DNA of 64,000 nt from Acidobacteriota bacterium. GTDB taxonomy: Bacteria > Acidobacteriota > Thermoanaerobaculia > Multivoradales > JAGPDF01. Position numbers and translations under genes: made by a program. The notes below the pieces were generated by a model. That model searched no databases. It was not told the origin of the DNA and saw only the letters and a program-made list of their open reading frames with translations. Location of the stretch: contig BTUO01000006.1 in NCBI GenBank assembly GCA_045862895.1, positions 1 through 64,000 of the forward strand, written 5' to 3'. Shown in pieces: positions 1 through 9,065 of the stretch. Numbering within the stretch: the stretch's first letter is position 1; every line of letters starts with the position of its first letter.

Positions 1-55
1 GCTTCGCGGTTCGCCGCCGGTGGCGCGCCGCTCAACTCATGAGCCGTTAGGCGGC
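1..55 (+). repeat. attC-like recombination-site repeat, copy 1 (5' half cut by window edge)
   Basis: 55 bp, 51/55 identical to 441-495. It ends in GTTAGGC (46-52), which fits the integron attC R' core GTTRRRY. It contains an internal stem GCTCA-N5-TGAGC and sits directly upstream of a small low-GC ORF. Confidence 0.35.
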
Positions 56-59
56 ACGA

Positions 60-386
60 TTGGAAATGGAGACTTATTTCGAGTTTCTGGCGACGAGCCT
101 GGGACTTGTCCTTGTACTGTTGCTGTACTTGCGGGGCCGCAGGCGCGCCTCAAGAGTCTCGCGGGAACGCGATTTCGTCGAGAAGTCGGTCGATCTAGTT
201 GTTTCGACGAGTCGTTTCCTGGACAACTTCGTCGCGGTCTTCGCTGTTGGCGTTGTTGTCTACCTGGCCTTCAGAGAGGCGCTGGTCGCGAAGATTCTTC
301 TCGTAACTTTGATTGCTATGGCGGTGATTGCGCTCGTTGCGCGCCTAAGAAGTCGAGTAGATTCCCACGTCGGAGGCGGCGCTTGA
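60..386 (+). CDS. small hydrophobic membrane protein (cassette-like ORF)
   Basis: 108-aa ORF with TTG start and two or three predicted TM helices. Its local GC is clearly lower than the window average, and it is bracketed by the two 55-bp direct repeats. Confidence 0.45.
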   Translation: MEMETYFEFLATSLGLVLVLLLYLRGRRRASRVSRERDFVEKSVDLVVSTSRFLDNFVAVFAVGVVVYLAFREALVAKILLVTLIAMAVIALVARLRSRVDSHVGGGA

Positions 387-393
387 TTGCCGT

Positions 394-495
394 GCCCTCT
401 AACAACTCGTTCGAGGGGACGCGCCCCGCAGCCGTGGCCCGCTTCGCGGTTCGTCGCTGGTGGCGCGCCGCTCAACTCATGAGCCGTTGGGCGAC
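394..495 (+). repeat. attC-like site, copy 2 (possible R'' GCCCTCTAAC at 394-406, R' GTTGGGC at 486-492)
   Basis: Bases 441-495 repeat bases 1-55. GTTGGGC is the GTTRRRY core. The exact reverse complement GTCGCCCAAC appears at 825-834, immediately after the next ORF stop. Confidence 0.4.
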
Positions 496-509
496 ATGAG
501 CAGCGATCG

Positions 510-818
510 ATGAGCGACCGGCGTCCTGAGTCTTTGGGTGAATGGGTTGACTACGACCCGACATGGCTCGTTGTGGAAGCTGCTCAGCGCGCCCCGGAGC
601 GCCCCGACCTGCAAGAGGCGCTTGCGCGATGTAGGCGGGCAAAGTGGGTGAGCGAGGCGTATCTCTATTTCGAAGAGGCCAGCCGACCCAACGAACCGGG
701 TTCCTCGTGGCAGTTTGAAGAGAACGTGATCCTCGAATCGACCCCAGAAGGGGACCTTGTCCTCGACCTGCTCAAGGGCAATAGAGTCGGCGGCATTGAG
801 TTCCTTAGTCGACTTTAG
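510..818 (+). CDS. hypothetical small soluble protein (cassette-like ORF)
   Basis: 102-aa ORF with ATG start, lower GC and a protein-like composition. It starts 15 bp after the attC-like repeat. Confidence 0.5.
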   Translation: MSDRRPESLGEWVDYDPTWLVVEAAQRAPERPDLQEALARCRRAKWVSEAYLYFEEASRPNEPGSSWQFEENVILESTPEGDLVLDLLKGNRVGGIEFLSRL

Positions 819-917
819 TGGCGTGTCGCCCAACACGACGCTCCGGCGGACAAGCGGGCCGCGCCCGCTCGCCGCCGGGCTCATGATCCGTGAGCCGACC
901 GAGGCCGATGGAACGAG

Positions 918-1241
918 ATGGGAGTCAGCATGATCGGTTTCTGGTTGGCTTGCGCCGGCGCTGCGACCGCTGCATTTCTGCTTTGTCGGAGGTGGTCGCA
1001 CCTCGCCCTGTTCGTCTTGCCGCTGTCGGTCGCTTTGCCCTGGGCACTCGCGGCGTCGGAGGGACCGGGCGGACCCCGGTTCCCGGGCGTGCAGATGCTT
1101 CACATTCTTGGCGCCTGTGCGCTGGTCTTGCTGGCCAACCTCGCAGGCATGCTGCTCGGCGGATTCAAGGTCGTGTTCTTTACGCTCCATCGCGGTCGTG
1201 ACGTCGCCTCAACAGGGAGTCGTGAACATGACCCGTCGTGA
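918..1241 (+). CDS. hypothetical membrane protein
   Basis: 107-aa ORF with three hydrophobic helices (an alternative ATG lies at 927). Same strand, ~100 bp spacer upstream. Confidence 0.4.
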   Translation: MGVSMIGFWLACAGAATAAFLLCRRWSHLALFVLPLSVALPWALAASEGPGGPRFPGVQMLHILGACALVLLANLAGMLLGGFKVVFFTLHRGRDVASTGSREHDPS

Positions 1242-1366
1242 CCGGTCGGCAGACCTTTCGTCCGAGCGGAGGCTCGACGCAGTCGTGGGCCGAATCGCGG
1301 CCCGGCACTGGTGGCTCGAGGCTCGGCTCAGGAGACATTGAACGGCATCTCTGACATCGTTGCCTC

Positions 1367-1750
1367 ATGACCGGCAAGCTCCTGCCAGCAGCGCAGCTCA
1401 TTGCCGACCGTCTGGCTCGTGAGATTCCCGAGCTTGCCTGGAGCATCGGTGCCAGCGAGTCCGGAGAGCTGGAGATGTGCGTTGCGGCACCGGACGGTTC
1501 GGCGGCGGGTGCGCTCGTTGTCATCACCCAGGAAGGCGATATCTGGGTGCGCTTTGCACCGCCCCGGCTGTTCTACGCGGTAGAGGACGTTCCCGAGCTG
1601 CTGTCGGTCGTTCGTGGCCTCATCTCGAGAGAGCTCGCCTTCAGGCGAACGTTCGATTCCGACGGATCCTGGCTTGGAACTACCCTGGTCGGCAATGCCG
1701 GCTTGGATCGCTCGGAGCTCGGTGAGCACGAGGTTGTCGTCGAATGGTGA
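1367..1750 (+). CDS. hypothetical protein
   Basis: 127-aa ORF with an acidic, protein-like composition, on the same strand as the array. Confidence 0.45.
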   Translation: MTGKLLPAAQLIADRLAREIPELAWSIGASESGELEMCVAAPDGSAAGALVVITQEGDIWVRFAPPRLFYAVEDVPELLSVVRGLISRELAFRRTFDSDGSWLGTTLVGNAGLDRSELGEHEVVVEW

Positions 1751-1830
1751 TGGCGACATGGCCGCAATGCCGCCTGAAGTTCCCCTCCGACGGACACACT
1801 CCGCGGCCGTGCCCCGCTTAGCGGCTGGAC

Positions 1831-2157
1831 ATGTCGGAGTCGACCATCAGGGACCCGCTGCTCGACGAGGCACTTCAGATCGTCACGCGATTCGGCCCGC
1901 AGCGACTGCGGCCCAAGGAGGAGAGACTGCTCGAGCTGCATCCCGGCACCCCGGAGCACCGGATGCGGGCGCTGTTCGACGAATGTTCGAAAATCGAAGC
2001 GTGGGCCTACGAGCTCGCCGGCCAGATCGACGCGAAGACCCTCGCGCGAGAAGAGGCACTCGAGCTGATTCTCGCCCGCTATCCCGACCTCACTTCCGAC
2101 ACCGCGAAACTGACTCTGTGGCACGGAACCTACTACTGGTGGCGAGACTACGGGTGA
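1831..2157 (+). CDS. hypothetical protein
   Basis: 108-aa ORF with helical, protein-like composition (WHGTYYWWRDYG C-terminus). Confidence 0.45.
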   Translation: MSESTIRDPLLDEALQIVTRFGPQRLRPKEERLLELHPGTPEHRMRALFDECSKIEAWAYELAGQIDAKTLAREEALELILARYPDLTSDTAKLTLWHGTYYWWRDYG

Positions 2158-2366
2158 GAGGCCCTGGCTTCGGCCGGGTCTTGCCATCGAACCTGCGGTT
2201 CCTGCGGCTGCCACGCCGCGCACGTGCGCCGCGGAGCTCGTGGTTCCTGGCGTGACGACTCGCGTCGCGGGGCGCGTTACGCGGGATTGTGACTCGGCAG
2301 CGCGCGGCGCTATCCTGCGGGCGCGCCCCTGAGCTCGAACGCCGTGGGGCGGCACTGGGAGCCCTC

Positions 2367-2921
2367 ATGGCTCGAGCAGCGACAGTCGACGGAGTGACCC
2401 TCGAGATCGCCACGATCGTGGCCCTCCTGACGCTCTCCGTCCCGCTCCCGGCGGTCGGCGACTCTCCTCTGAGGCCTCCTCATCGACACACGCAGTGCTC
2501 GCCGTCCGGGCAGTTCTGCGTCACCAGCGACCCGCAGGGCGGCACGTTCGTCCATCGCGCCGGAGAGGTCGGCGAGCCGCTCTGGTCGATACCGAAGTGG
2601 TTTCGCGTGCTGTACCTCGCGGACGATCCGGATCTCCTGGTGACCGGCTACGATGGCCAGAACCTCGTTCCGCTCGACGCGCCGGGGGACGTCGAGGTCC
2701 TGACCTTCTGGAGCCGCGGCAAGGTGGTCCGCAGCTACGAGCTGTCGGAGCTCGTCGCCGATCTCGGCAGGCTCCAGAGGACGGCGTCCCACTACCACTG
2801 GGGCAACTACCTGGGGTTCGACGACGAGGGGAACTTCAGGGTGACCATCGTCCAGGGCCAGACGCTCGTCTTCGATCCCGCCGAGGGCGCCCTCGTCGAC
2901 CGCTCGCGGAGGATCGACTGA
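2367..2921 (+). CDS. hypothetical protein (start uncertain, alternative 2289)
   Basis: In-frame ATG at 2367 (MARAATVDG...). Predicted beta-rich soluble protein. Confidence 0.4.
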   Translation: MARAATVDGVTLEIATIVALLTLSVPLPAVGDSPLRPPHRHTQCSPSGQFCVTSDPQGGTFVHRAGEVGEPLWSIPKWFRVLYLADDPDLLVTGYDGQNLVPLDAPGDVEVLTFWSRGKVVRSYELSELVADLGRLQRTASHYHWGNYLGFDDEGNFRVTIVQGQTLVFDPAEGALVDRSRRID

Positions 2922-3131
2922 CCGGTCGCGTCGGGACTTCTCCCGCGAGTCGCGCGACGCAGGGTTCCGACGAGGGGCAGGACGGCGGTCGCCTCCGCGA
3001 CCTCTCGTTTCGAGTCGAAGCAGGAGTCCGTCTCGTCGTTCCAGCGGACCGGCACGTTGCGCGTGCGCGCCGCGGATCTCTTGGTTTCGTAGACGACAGG
3101 GCCTCCGGCGGTTCGGAGGCGAGGAGAGGCG

Positions 3132-4010
3132 ATGAACGACGTGAGCGCCAACGCGAAGCAGGACGAGGCAGCCGCTGTCGAGGAGGCGCTGAGGAAGGAG
3201 CGCTACGAGCTCCTTCGACGCGTGGAGGACTTTCTGGAGGCGCCGATGCTGGTCCTCGCCTTCGTATGGTTGGCGCTGCTGGTGGTGGAGCTGACCTGGG
3301 GCGAGAGCCTGTTGTTCGAGAGCGTCGGCACGATCATCTGGATCATCTTCATCCTCGACTTCGCGATGGAGCTCGTGCTGGCTCCGGACAAGGTCGCCTA
3401 CCTGAAATCCAACTGGCTGACCGCCTTGGCGCTCCTGGTACCGGCGCTGCGCCTGTTCCGTGTCTTCCGGGTGTTCCGTCTGCTCCGACTGGCCCGCGTG
3501 GGACGGAGCTTTCGCCTGCTCCGCGTCGTCAGCTCGTTGAATCGCGGAATGCGTGCGCTCGGCGCGAGCCTGAGTCGGCGGGGTTTCGGCTACGTCATCG
3601 CGCTCACGATGCTGGTCACGTTCACCGGCGCGGCCGGAATGTACGCCTTCGAGAACGGATCTCCGGGCGGTATGGAGAGCTACGGTGAAGCGTTGTGGTG
3701 GACCGCGATGGTCCTCACCACGATGGGCTCGCAGTACTGGCCGGAGACGGTCGAGGGGCGCGTGCTGTGCGTCTTCCTGGCGCTGTATGGCTTCGCGGTC
3801 TTCGGTTTCGTGACGGCGACGCTGGCCACCTTCTTCATCGGTCGCGACGCGGACAACGACGAAGCCGAGCTCGCGGGTGGCAGGCAACTGGCCGCACTCC
3901 GGGAGGAGGTCATCGCCTTGCGCGAGGAGCTTCGGCGAGCGGCCGCGGCGGGTTCCGGGGTCGCGAAGCGGGATCCGATGGAGGGGATGACCGGTCGGCA
4001 GGATGGGTGA
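3132..4010 (+). CDS. voltage-gated-type ion channel (ion transport protein family) with non-canonical pore signature
   Basis: RBS GAGGAG upstream. Six TM segments, an S4 helix with Arg every third residue (RLFRVFRVFRLLRLARVGR), and pore helix EALWWTAMVLTTMGSQYW. Confidence 0.8.
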   Translation: MNDVSANAKQDEAAAVEEALRKERYELLRRVEDFLEAPMLVLAFVWLALLVVELTWGESLLFESVGTIIWIIFILDFAMELVLAPDKVAYLKSNWLTALALLVPALRLFRVFRVFRLLRLARVGRSFRLLRVVSSLNRGMRALGASLSRRGFGYVIALTMLVTFTGAAGMYAFENGSPGGMESYGEALWWTAMVLTTMGSQYWPETVEGRVLCVFLALYGFAVFGFVTATLATFFIGRDADNDEAELAGGRQLAALREEVIALREELRRAAAAGSGVAKRDPMEGMTGRQDG

Positions 4011-4387
4011 CGGTCCGGACCGGCATGGCGCGAAGCACCTTCCCGGTCCGGGCGCGCGGTGGACGCCGCTCCGCACCGCAACGGATGCCGGACAACTCGG
4101 CTGCGGAGGACCTGCGGGTGAACAGTGAACGAGGCGCCGACGTCGTGACGGGTCGCCTCTTCGAGGGTCGGCGGCAGTCTCTTCTCTCACCGCCGAAGGC
4201 GCGAACGAACGGCCGTCACGTCGGATGGGTGCCGGCCTCATCGAGCGATGCTCGCGGACGAAGTCTCGCATCGTCCCACGCTCGAGCAAGTCGGTCAGGC
4301 CGGTGTCCTTCGCGCCGGCCGAGCTCGGGATCTCCTCGATCCGGTCGGTCGTCGCCTCCGTGATACGTTCGGCGGCGGCGATTCAGC

Positions 4388-5179
4388 ATGAACAGGAAGA
4401 TCGGTGAGGTGGAGGCGCTCTTCCGCTACCCGGTGAAGTCGATGAGCGGCGAGCCGCTCGAGGCCGCCGCTCTGAGCTGGCACGGTCTCGACGGCGACCG
4501 GCGTCTCGCCTTCCGTCGGGTCGGCGACCGCAGCGGCTTCCCCTGGCTGACCGCCGGAAAGCTCCCGGAGCTGATTCTCCACGCCCCGCGGCGAGCAGAG
4601 GGATCCGACGGCGCAGGCCCGCCGTCGCACGTCCGGACTCCCGATGGGCAGGACCTGGACGTGTTCGGCCCCGAACTGGCAAAGCGGATCGGCGACCGCC
4701 ATGGCTCACCGGTCGAGATGACCTACCTCGATCGCGGGATCTTCGACGAAGCCAGCGTGTCGTTGATCACCTCCGCCTCCGTGGCCGAAGCCGGCCGGCT
4801 CGCCGCGCGTCGCATCGACGTTCGCAGATTCCGACCGAACATCCTGATCGCCTCCGATCGGTCGATTCCTTTCGAGGAAGACCAATGGATCCACGGCGTC
4901 CTCACGTTCGGAGAGGACGCCGACGGTGCGGCCATCGCCGTTACGAACCACGACGAGCGGTGCGCCATGGTCAACTTCGACCCGGACTCCGGCGAGACCG
5001 ACAAGGAAGTGCTGAAGGCGATCGTTCGAGCCAGGAAGAACCGACTCGGGGTCTACGGCACCGTCACCCGGCCAGGCCGACTTGGCGTCGGGCAATCCGT
5101 CTACTTCGAACCCCGACGTGAAGAGGGGCGACTCCGACTCGACGACGGGGATCCGCGGAGGGTGGAGACCGCACCGTGA
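4388..5179 (+). CDS. MOSC domain-containing protein (YcbX-like)
   Basis: N-terminal beta-barrel motif ALFRYPVKSMSGE and a C-terminal MOSC region with a conserved Cys (NHDERCAMVNFDP). Confidence 0.8.
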   Translation: MNRKIGEVEALFRYPVKSMSGEPLEAAALSWHGLDGDRRLAFRRVGDRSGFPWLTAGKLPELILHAPRRAEGSDGAGPPSHVRTPDGQDLDVFGPELAKRIGDRHGSPVEMTYLDRGIFDEASVSLITSASVAEAGRLAARRIDVRRFRPNILIASDRSIPFEEDQWIHGVLTFGEDADGAAIAVTNHDERCAMVNFDPDSGETDKEVLKAIVRARKNRLGVYGTVTRPGRLGVGQSVYFEPRREEGRLRLDDGDPRRVETAP

Positions 5180-5634
5180 GCGAGATCCAGCAGATACGAG
5201 ATCGCGAAGCCGTGATCGAGGTCGTCAACAAGCTGTTCGTCGCGGTCGACACGAGAGACTGGTCCCTCGCGCACCGGTGCCTCGCCGAGCAGGTCCACTT
5301 CGACATGACCTCCCTGGGCGATCCGGGTCCCGCTCTGCGCGCTGCGCACGAGATCACCGCGGCCTGGCAGAGCGGATTGGCCAGTCTGCAGGCCGTTCAC
5401 CATCAATCGGGCAACTTCGTCGTGCGGGTCGCGGGCGACGAGGCGGAGTGCTCCTGCTACGGACTGGCGTACCACTTCCGTCGGGTCCGATCGGGTCGCA
5501 ACACCCGGTTGTTCGTAGGGAGCTACGACTACCGCCTCTCCCGCGCGGGCGAGTCCTGGCGAATCACGCATTTCAGGTTCGACCTGAAGTTCATCGACGG
5601 CAACCTGGAGCTGGACCGCGAGGATCCGGCGTGA
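5176..5634 (+). CDS. SnoaL-like / nuclear transport factor 2 family protein
   Basis: GTGA start-stop overlap with the upstream gene. 152 aa with an NTF2-like fold signature (DxxDW...H...). Confidence 0.6.
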   Translation: MSEIQQIRDREAVIEVVNKLFVAVDTRDWSLAHRCLAEQVHFDMTSLGDPGPALRAAHEITAAWQSGLASLQAVHHQSGNFVVRVAGDEAECSCYGLAYHFRRVRSGRNTRLFVGSYDYRLSRAGESWRITHFRFDLKFIDGNLELDREDPA

Positions 5635-5785
5635 TCGAGACCTCGGCGGGATCGTCGTAACTTCGCACGGGACGACCGCGGCGGGCGCTCGGCCCGGCCG
5701 TCAGGGGCATCGCGATGCCGGGCGGCACCGTCGCGCGCTTCGGCCGGATCTCGACGCCGCGCGTAGGGTCGAACGGAGGGGTGCC

Positions 5786-6283
5786 ATGGCGGTTCGATCG
5801 AAGCTCGCGGATTTCGCCGGACTCGCCGGCTGGATCGGGCTCTGTTTCACCGCGGCGGCGATCGGCGCGGTCGGGTCCGCGTCCGCCGGCGCCTTCTACG
5901 GCGAGCTGGTCCGACCGGCGTGGGCGCCACCAGGCTGGCTGTTCGGGCCGGTGTGGACGGTGCTCTACCTGCTCATGGCGGTCGCGGCCTGGGCGGTCTG
6001 GCGCGCGGCGCCGCTCGCCGCGACCGGCTCCGCGCTCGCGCTGTTCGTCGCGCAGCTCTTCGTCAACGCGCTCTGGAGCTGGCTCTTCTTCGCCTGGCGG
6101 CTCGGCGGCTGGGCGTTGGCCGAGGTGCTCGTGCTCTGGCTGCTGATCGCCGCCACCGCCCTGGCCTTCCGCCGGATCCGCCCGCTCGCGGCCGCGCTGC
6201 TGCTGCCGTATCTCGCCTGGGTGACGTTCGCCGCCCTGCTCAACTGGGCGCTGCTGCGAGCCAACCCCGAGCGTCTGAGCTGA
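5786..6283 (+). CDS. tspO: TspO/MBR tryptophan-rich sensory protein
   Basis: RBS GGAGG upstream. Five TM helices and signature PxWAPPGWLFGPVWTVLY plus W-rich helices. Confidence 0.85.
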   Translation: MAVRSKLADFAGLAGWIGLCFTAAAIGAVGSASAGAFYGELVRPAWAPPGWLFGPVWTVLYLLMAVAAWAVWRAAPLAATGSALALFVAQLFVNALWSWLFFAWRLGGWALAEVLVLWLLIAATALAFRRIRPLAAALLLPYLAWVTFAALLNWALLRANPERLS

Positions 6284-6288
6284 GGGAT

Positions 6289-6322
6289 CCGGTGACAGGA
6301 TGGTCAACCATCCTGTCACCGG
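6289..6322. repeat. perfect 15-bp-arm palindrome CCGGTGACAGGATGG-tcaa-CCATCCTGTCACCGG
   Basis: Read directly, 5 bp after the tspO stop. No U-tract follows. It contains the GGTGACAG core of the recurrent intergenic motif. Confidence 0.8.
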
Positions 6323-6364
6323 ATCTCGCGGGTCGCTGGCGGTCGTGGCAGGATCGGCGGGATC

Positions 6365-6688
6365 GTGCTCGACGACCTGCTGGTCCAGATCCTCGGCGAA
6401 GCGACCCTGGGGCGGCTCGGGGAGTCCGAACGGACGAAGGCGCGCCGGCGCGTCGGGTTCGGTCTGCTCGGCACCGCGCTCGGCGTCGCCGGCGCGGTGC
6501 ACTTCGCGCTGCGCCCCGAGCCGGTGACGAACGGCGCGATGTTCGCCAGCATGATCGCGGTCTTCGTCTTCCTCGCCGCCTTCTTCCTGTTCAACGTCGC
6601 GCTCCACCGGCCGTGGCGCTGGCCGGGGCTCGGCTTCGTCCTGAGCTTCGTCGCGCTGTTCGTTGCCCGGATCCTGTTCGGACCGTGA
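6365..6688 (+). CDS. hypothetical small membrane protein
   Basis: 107-aa ORF with two or three TM helices; start uncertain. Confidence 0.35.
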   Translation: MLDDLLVQILGEATLGRLGESERTKARRRVGFGLLGTALGVAGAVHFALRPEPVTNGAMFASMIAVFVFLAAFFLFNVALHRPWRWPGLGFVLSFVALFVARILFGP

Positions 6689-6695
6689 GGCGCAG

Positions 6696-7061
6696 GTGAT
6701 CTGCCGCTCCTGCGGCGAGGACTACGAGGCCGACCAGGTGGCGGCGTGCCCGTACTGCGGCGCGGCGAACCCGCTCTCGTCGTTGCGCGGCGTCGCGGCG
6801 GACGAGATCGAGGAGCTCGGGCCGCTGGTGATGGTCGCGGAAGCGTGGGGCGACGACGAGCTCGACAGGATGCGCACCGCGCTCGAAGCGGAGGGGATGC
6901 CTCTGCTCGTCCAGCGGCGCAATCTCGCCGAGTCGATCGGCCTGGTCGCGCTGATGCGCCCGGAAGCGGAGCGCACCGAATGTCACGAGATCCTCGTGCC
7001 GGAGGAGCTCGTCGAGCGGGCGGCCGAGATCCTCGACGCGATCGAGCCGGGGGACGAGTGA
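6696..7061 (+). CDS. DUF2007-like putative signal-transducing protein
   Basis: Probable GTG start at 6696. N-terminal CxxC...CxxC zinc-ribbon-like motif, then an EAEGMPLLV-type DUF2007 region. Confidence 0.5.
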   Translation: MICRSCGEDYEADQVAACPYCGAANPLSSLRGVAADEIEELGPLVMVAEAWGDDELDRMRTALEAEGMPLLVQRRNLAESIGLVALMRPEAERTECHEILVPEELVERAAEILDAIEPGDE

Positions 7062-7062
7062 G

Positions 7063-7828
7063 CAGGTCTCCCGGCGAAGCGCCCGCGGGCCGGTTCCTCA
7101 CGGCGCGCTGGATCCACCTGGCGATGCTCAACTACGAGGTCGATCCGGCCGTGCTGGTGCCGCTCGTGCCGGCCGGGACCGAGCTCGACCTGTGGCACGG
7201 CAAGTGCTTCGCGAGCGTCGTCGGTTTCCAGTTCCTCGACACGCGCGTCCTGGGCGTCGCGGTGCCGTTCCATCGCGACTTCGAAGAAGTCAACCTGCGC
7301 TTCTACGTGCGCCGGACGGTCGGCGACGAAACGCGGCGCGGCGTCGTCTTCGTCAAGGAGATCGTGCCGCGGCGCGCGCTGGCCTGGGTCGCCAACGCGG
7401 TCTATCAGGAGAAGTACGTCGCGCTGCCAATGGCGCACGAGGACCGCATGGCCGCTTCGCCGCGGACCCTCGCCTACCGCTGGCGCTACGCCGGCCGCTG
7501 GTCGCAGCTGCGAGTCACCGCGGAAGGGGAGCCCTTCCTGCCCGCCGAGACCGCGGAAGAGACTTTCATCGCCGAGCACTACTGGGGCTACACCGCGCGG
7601 CGCGACGGCTCGACCCTCGAGTACCGGGTCGAGCACCCGCGCTGGCGAGTCTGGCGCGCCACCGGCGCCGAGCTCGACGCCGACGTCGCCGAGCTCTACG
7701 GCCCGGCGTTCGCCCCCTTCCTCCGCGGCCGCCCGGCTTCCGCCTTCGTCGCCGACGGCTCCGAGGTGATCGTCCGGCGCGGCCGGCGGCTCGCGGGCGC
7801 GACGAAGGTCAAGGGAGAGACGCGATGA
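7063..7828 (+). CDS. DUF2071 family protein
   Basis: GTG start directly after the upstream stop. Motif RWIHLAMLNYEVDP is typical of DUF2071. Confidence 0.7.
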
Positions 7829-8349
7829 AGTTCGACCTTGAGGAGACCCTCGACCTGCTCGGGCGCACGCCGGCGGTGCTCGACGCGCTGCTGCGCGGGA
7901 CGAGTCCGGCGTGGCACGCGATCGACGAGGGGCCGGAGACCTGGAGCGCGATCGACGTCGTCGGTCACCTGATCCACGGCGAGGAGACCGACTGGATTCC
8001 GCGCGCGCGGATCGTCCTCGAGCATCGCGACGCCGTGCCGTTCGAGCCGTTCGACCGCTTCGCGCAGCAGTCGCGGTTCGCCGGTTGGTCGCTCGACGCG
8101 CTGCTCGACCGCTTCGCCGGGCTGCGGCGCGCGAACCTCGCGATCGTGCGCGGTTGGCGGCTCACGGCGGAGCAGCTCGACCTGCCGGGGCTCCACCCGG
8201 CTCTGGGCGCGGTGACGTTGCGCCAGCTGCTGGCGACCTGGGCGGCCCACGATCTCAACCACCTCGGGCAGATCTCGCGGGTGATGGCGAAGCGCCACGT
8301 CGAGGAGGTCGGCCCGTGGCGGGCCTATCTCTCGATCCTGCAGCGCTGA
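7825..8349 (+). CDS. DinB/DinB_2 family metal-dependent hydrolase-like protein
   Basis: ATGA overlap with the upstream gene. 174 aa with helical-bundle His motifs (HLIHGEE...HDLNHLGQ). Confidence 0.7.
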   Translation: MKFDLEETLDLLGRTPAVLDALLRGTSPAWHAIDEGPETWSAIDVVGHLIHGEETDWIPRARIVLEHRDAVPFEPFDRFAQQSRFAGWSLDALLDRFAGLRRANLAIVRGWRLTAEQLDLPGLHPALGAVTLRQLLATWAAHDLNHLGQISRVMAKRHVEEVGPWRAYLSILQR

Positions 8350-8362
8350 GCGCCGGTCTTTT

Positions 8363-8823
8363 CTAATCGATCCAGTCGGGTCGTGCGTCCCGCAGGTCGA
8401 GCGTGACCGGCTCGCCCGGGCCGCGCAGGCGGAGGCGGAGTCGATCGCCCTTCGCCTCGAGGACCTCCGCCGGATGGCGGGCGCCGGCCTCGACGAGCGT
8501 CAGCTCGCCGCGCTCGAACTCCCAGCGGCCGAAGGCCGGGGTCGAGCCGGGCGCCGTGAGCACCAGCGTGCGGTCGCCGAGGAAGACGTAGACCGATCCG
8601 ACGGCGACCGCGTTCGAGGCCTCGACCACCCAGACCCGGTTGGTGAAGACCAGGCCGCCGGCGCGAGCTTCGCGCTCGCGCGCCGGAGCCTGGCGGTCGG
8701 TCCCCGGTTCGCGCGCCGGCGGGGCGCAGCCGAGCGCGAGGCCGGTCGCGAGGGCGAGCAGGGCGCCGAGCGCCGTGCCCCACGGGTGAGCGGACCGGAG
8801 CCGGGAGGTCGCGACCTGGCGCA
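8363..8823 (-). CDS. lipoprotein, hypothetical
   Basis: Internal start MRQVATSRL...LALGC gives a signal peptide with a lipobox. The longer ORF reaching 9031 is probably an over-extension. Confidence 0.5.
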
Positions 8824-8856
8824 TGGCCACGAATCTAGCCGAGATCGCGCCGGGCG

Positions 8857-8991
8857 CTACGAACCGAGCCAGAGGGCGGCCGGGACGATCAGCCAGAGCA
8901 GGCCCTTGACCAGGAAGAAGAGGAATCCGGCCAAGCCGAGCCGCGCCCAGGGCGAGCGGCGGCGCGGAATGGAAGTGGCGGTCGTCGTCAT
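8857..8991 (-). CDS. small single-pass membrane protein (44 aa)
   Basis: Not in the >=60-aa track. ATG preceded by GGGAG. Sequence MTTTATSIPRRRSPWARLGLAGFLFFLVKGLLWLIVPAALWLGS. Lies 75 bp downstream of the 9066-9836 gene on the same strand. Confidence 0.3.
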   Translation of the reverse strand: MTTTATSIPRRRSPWARLGLAGFLFFLVKGLLWLIVPAALWLGS

Positions 8992-9065
8992 CGCTGCGGG
9001 CTCCCGGAGGCTCGGGGACCGGTGAGCTCACCCACCGGCCTCCGAGCCCCGATCGATCGCGGTCG

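Noticed and set aside
819-917. Third attC site after the second cassette ORF
   Set aside because: GTCGCCCAAC at 825-834 fits an R'' core, but no matching GTTRRRY R' core or long imperfect inverted repeat is found before the next ORF. Only two short hairpins (GCGGGC-cgc-GCCCGC, GGCTCA-n7-TGAGCC) are present. I mention it in the integron finding but do not call it as a feature.
2310-4289. 659-aa minus-strand ORF, one of many very long ORFs antisense to confident genes. Others include 10165-13317 (-), 14208-16667 (-), 15922-17853 (-), 19383-20657 (-), 20708-22897 (-), 26428-28830 (-), 38863-41247 (+), 42120-46238 (+), 44962-47208 (-), 47846-50983 (-), 48508-51249 (+), 51071-52849 (+) and 51216-53036 (-).
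   Set aside because: The ~70% GC removes stop codons in all frames. Their translations are Arg/Pro/Gly/Ala-rich with no motifs or signal peptides, and each overlaps a gene with clear family signatures on the other strand or in another frame.
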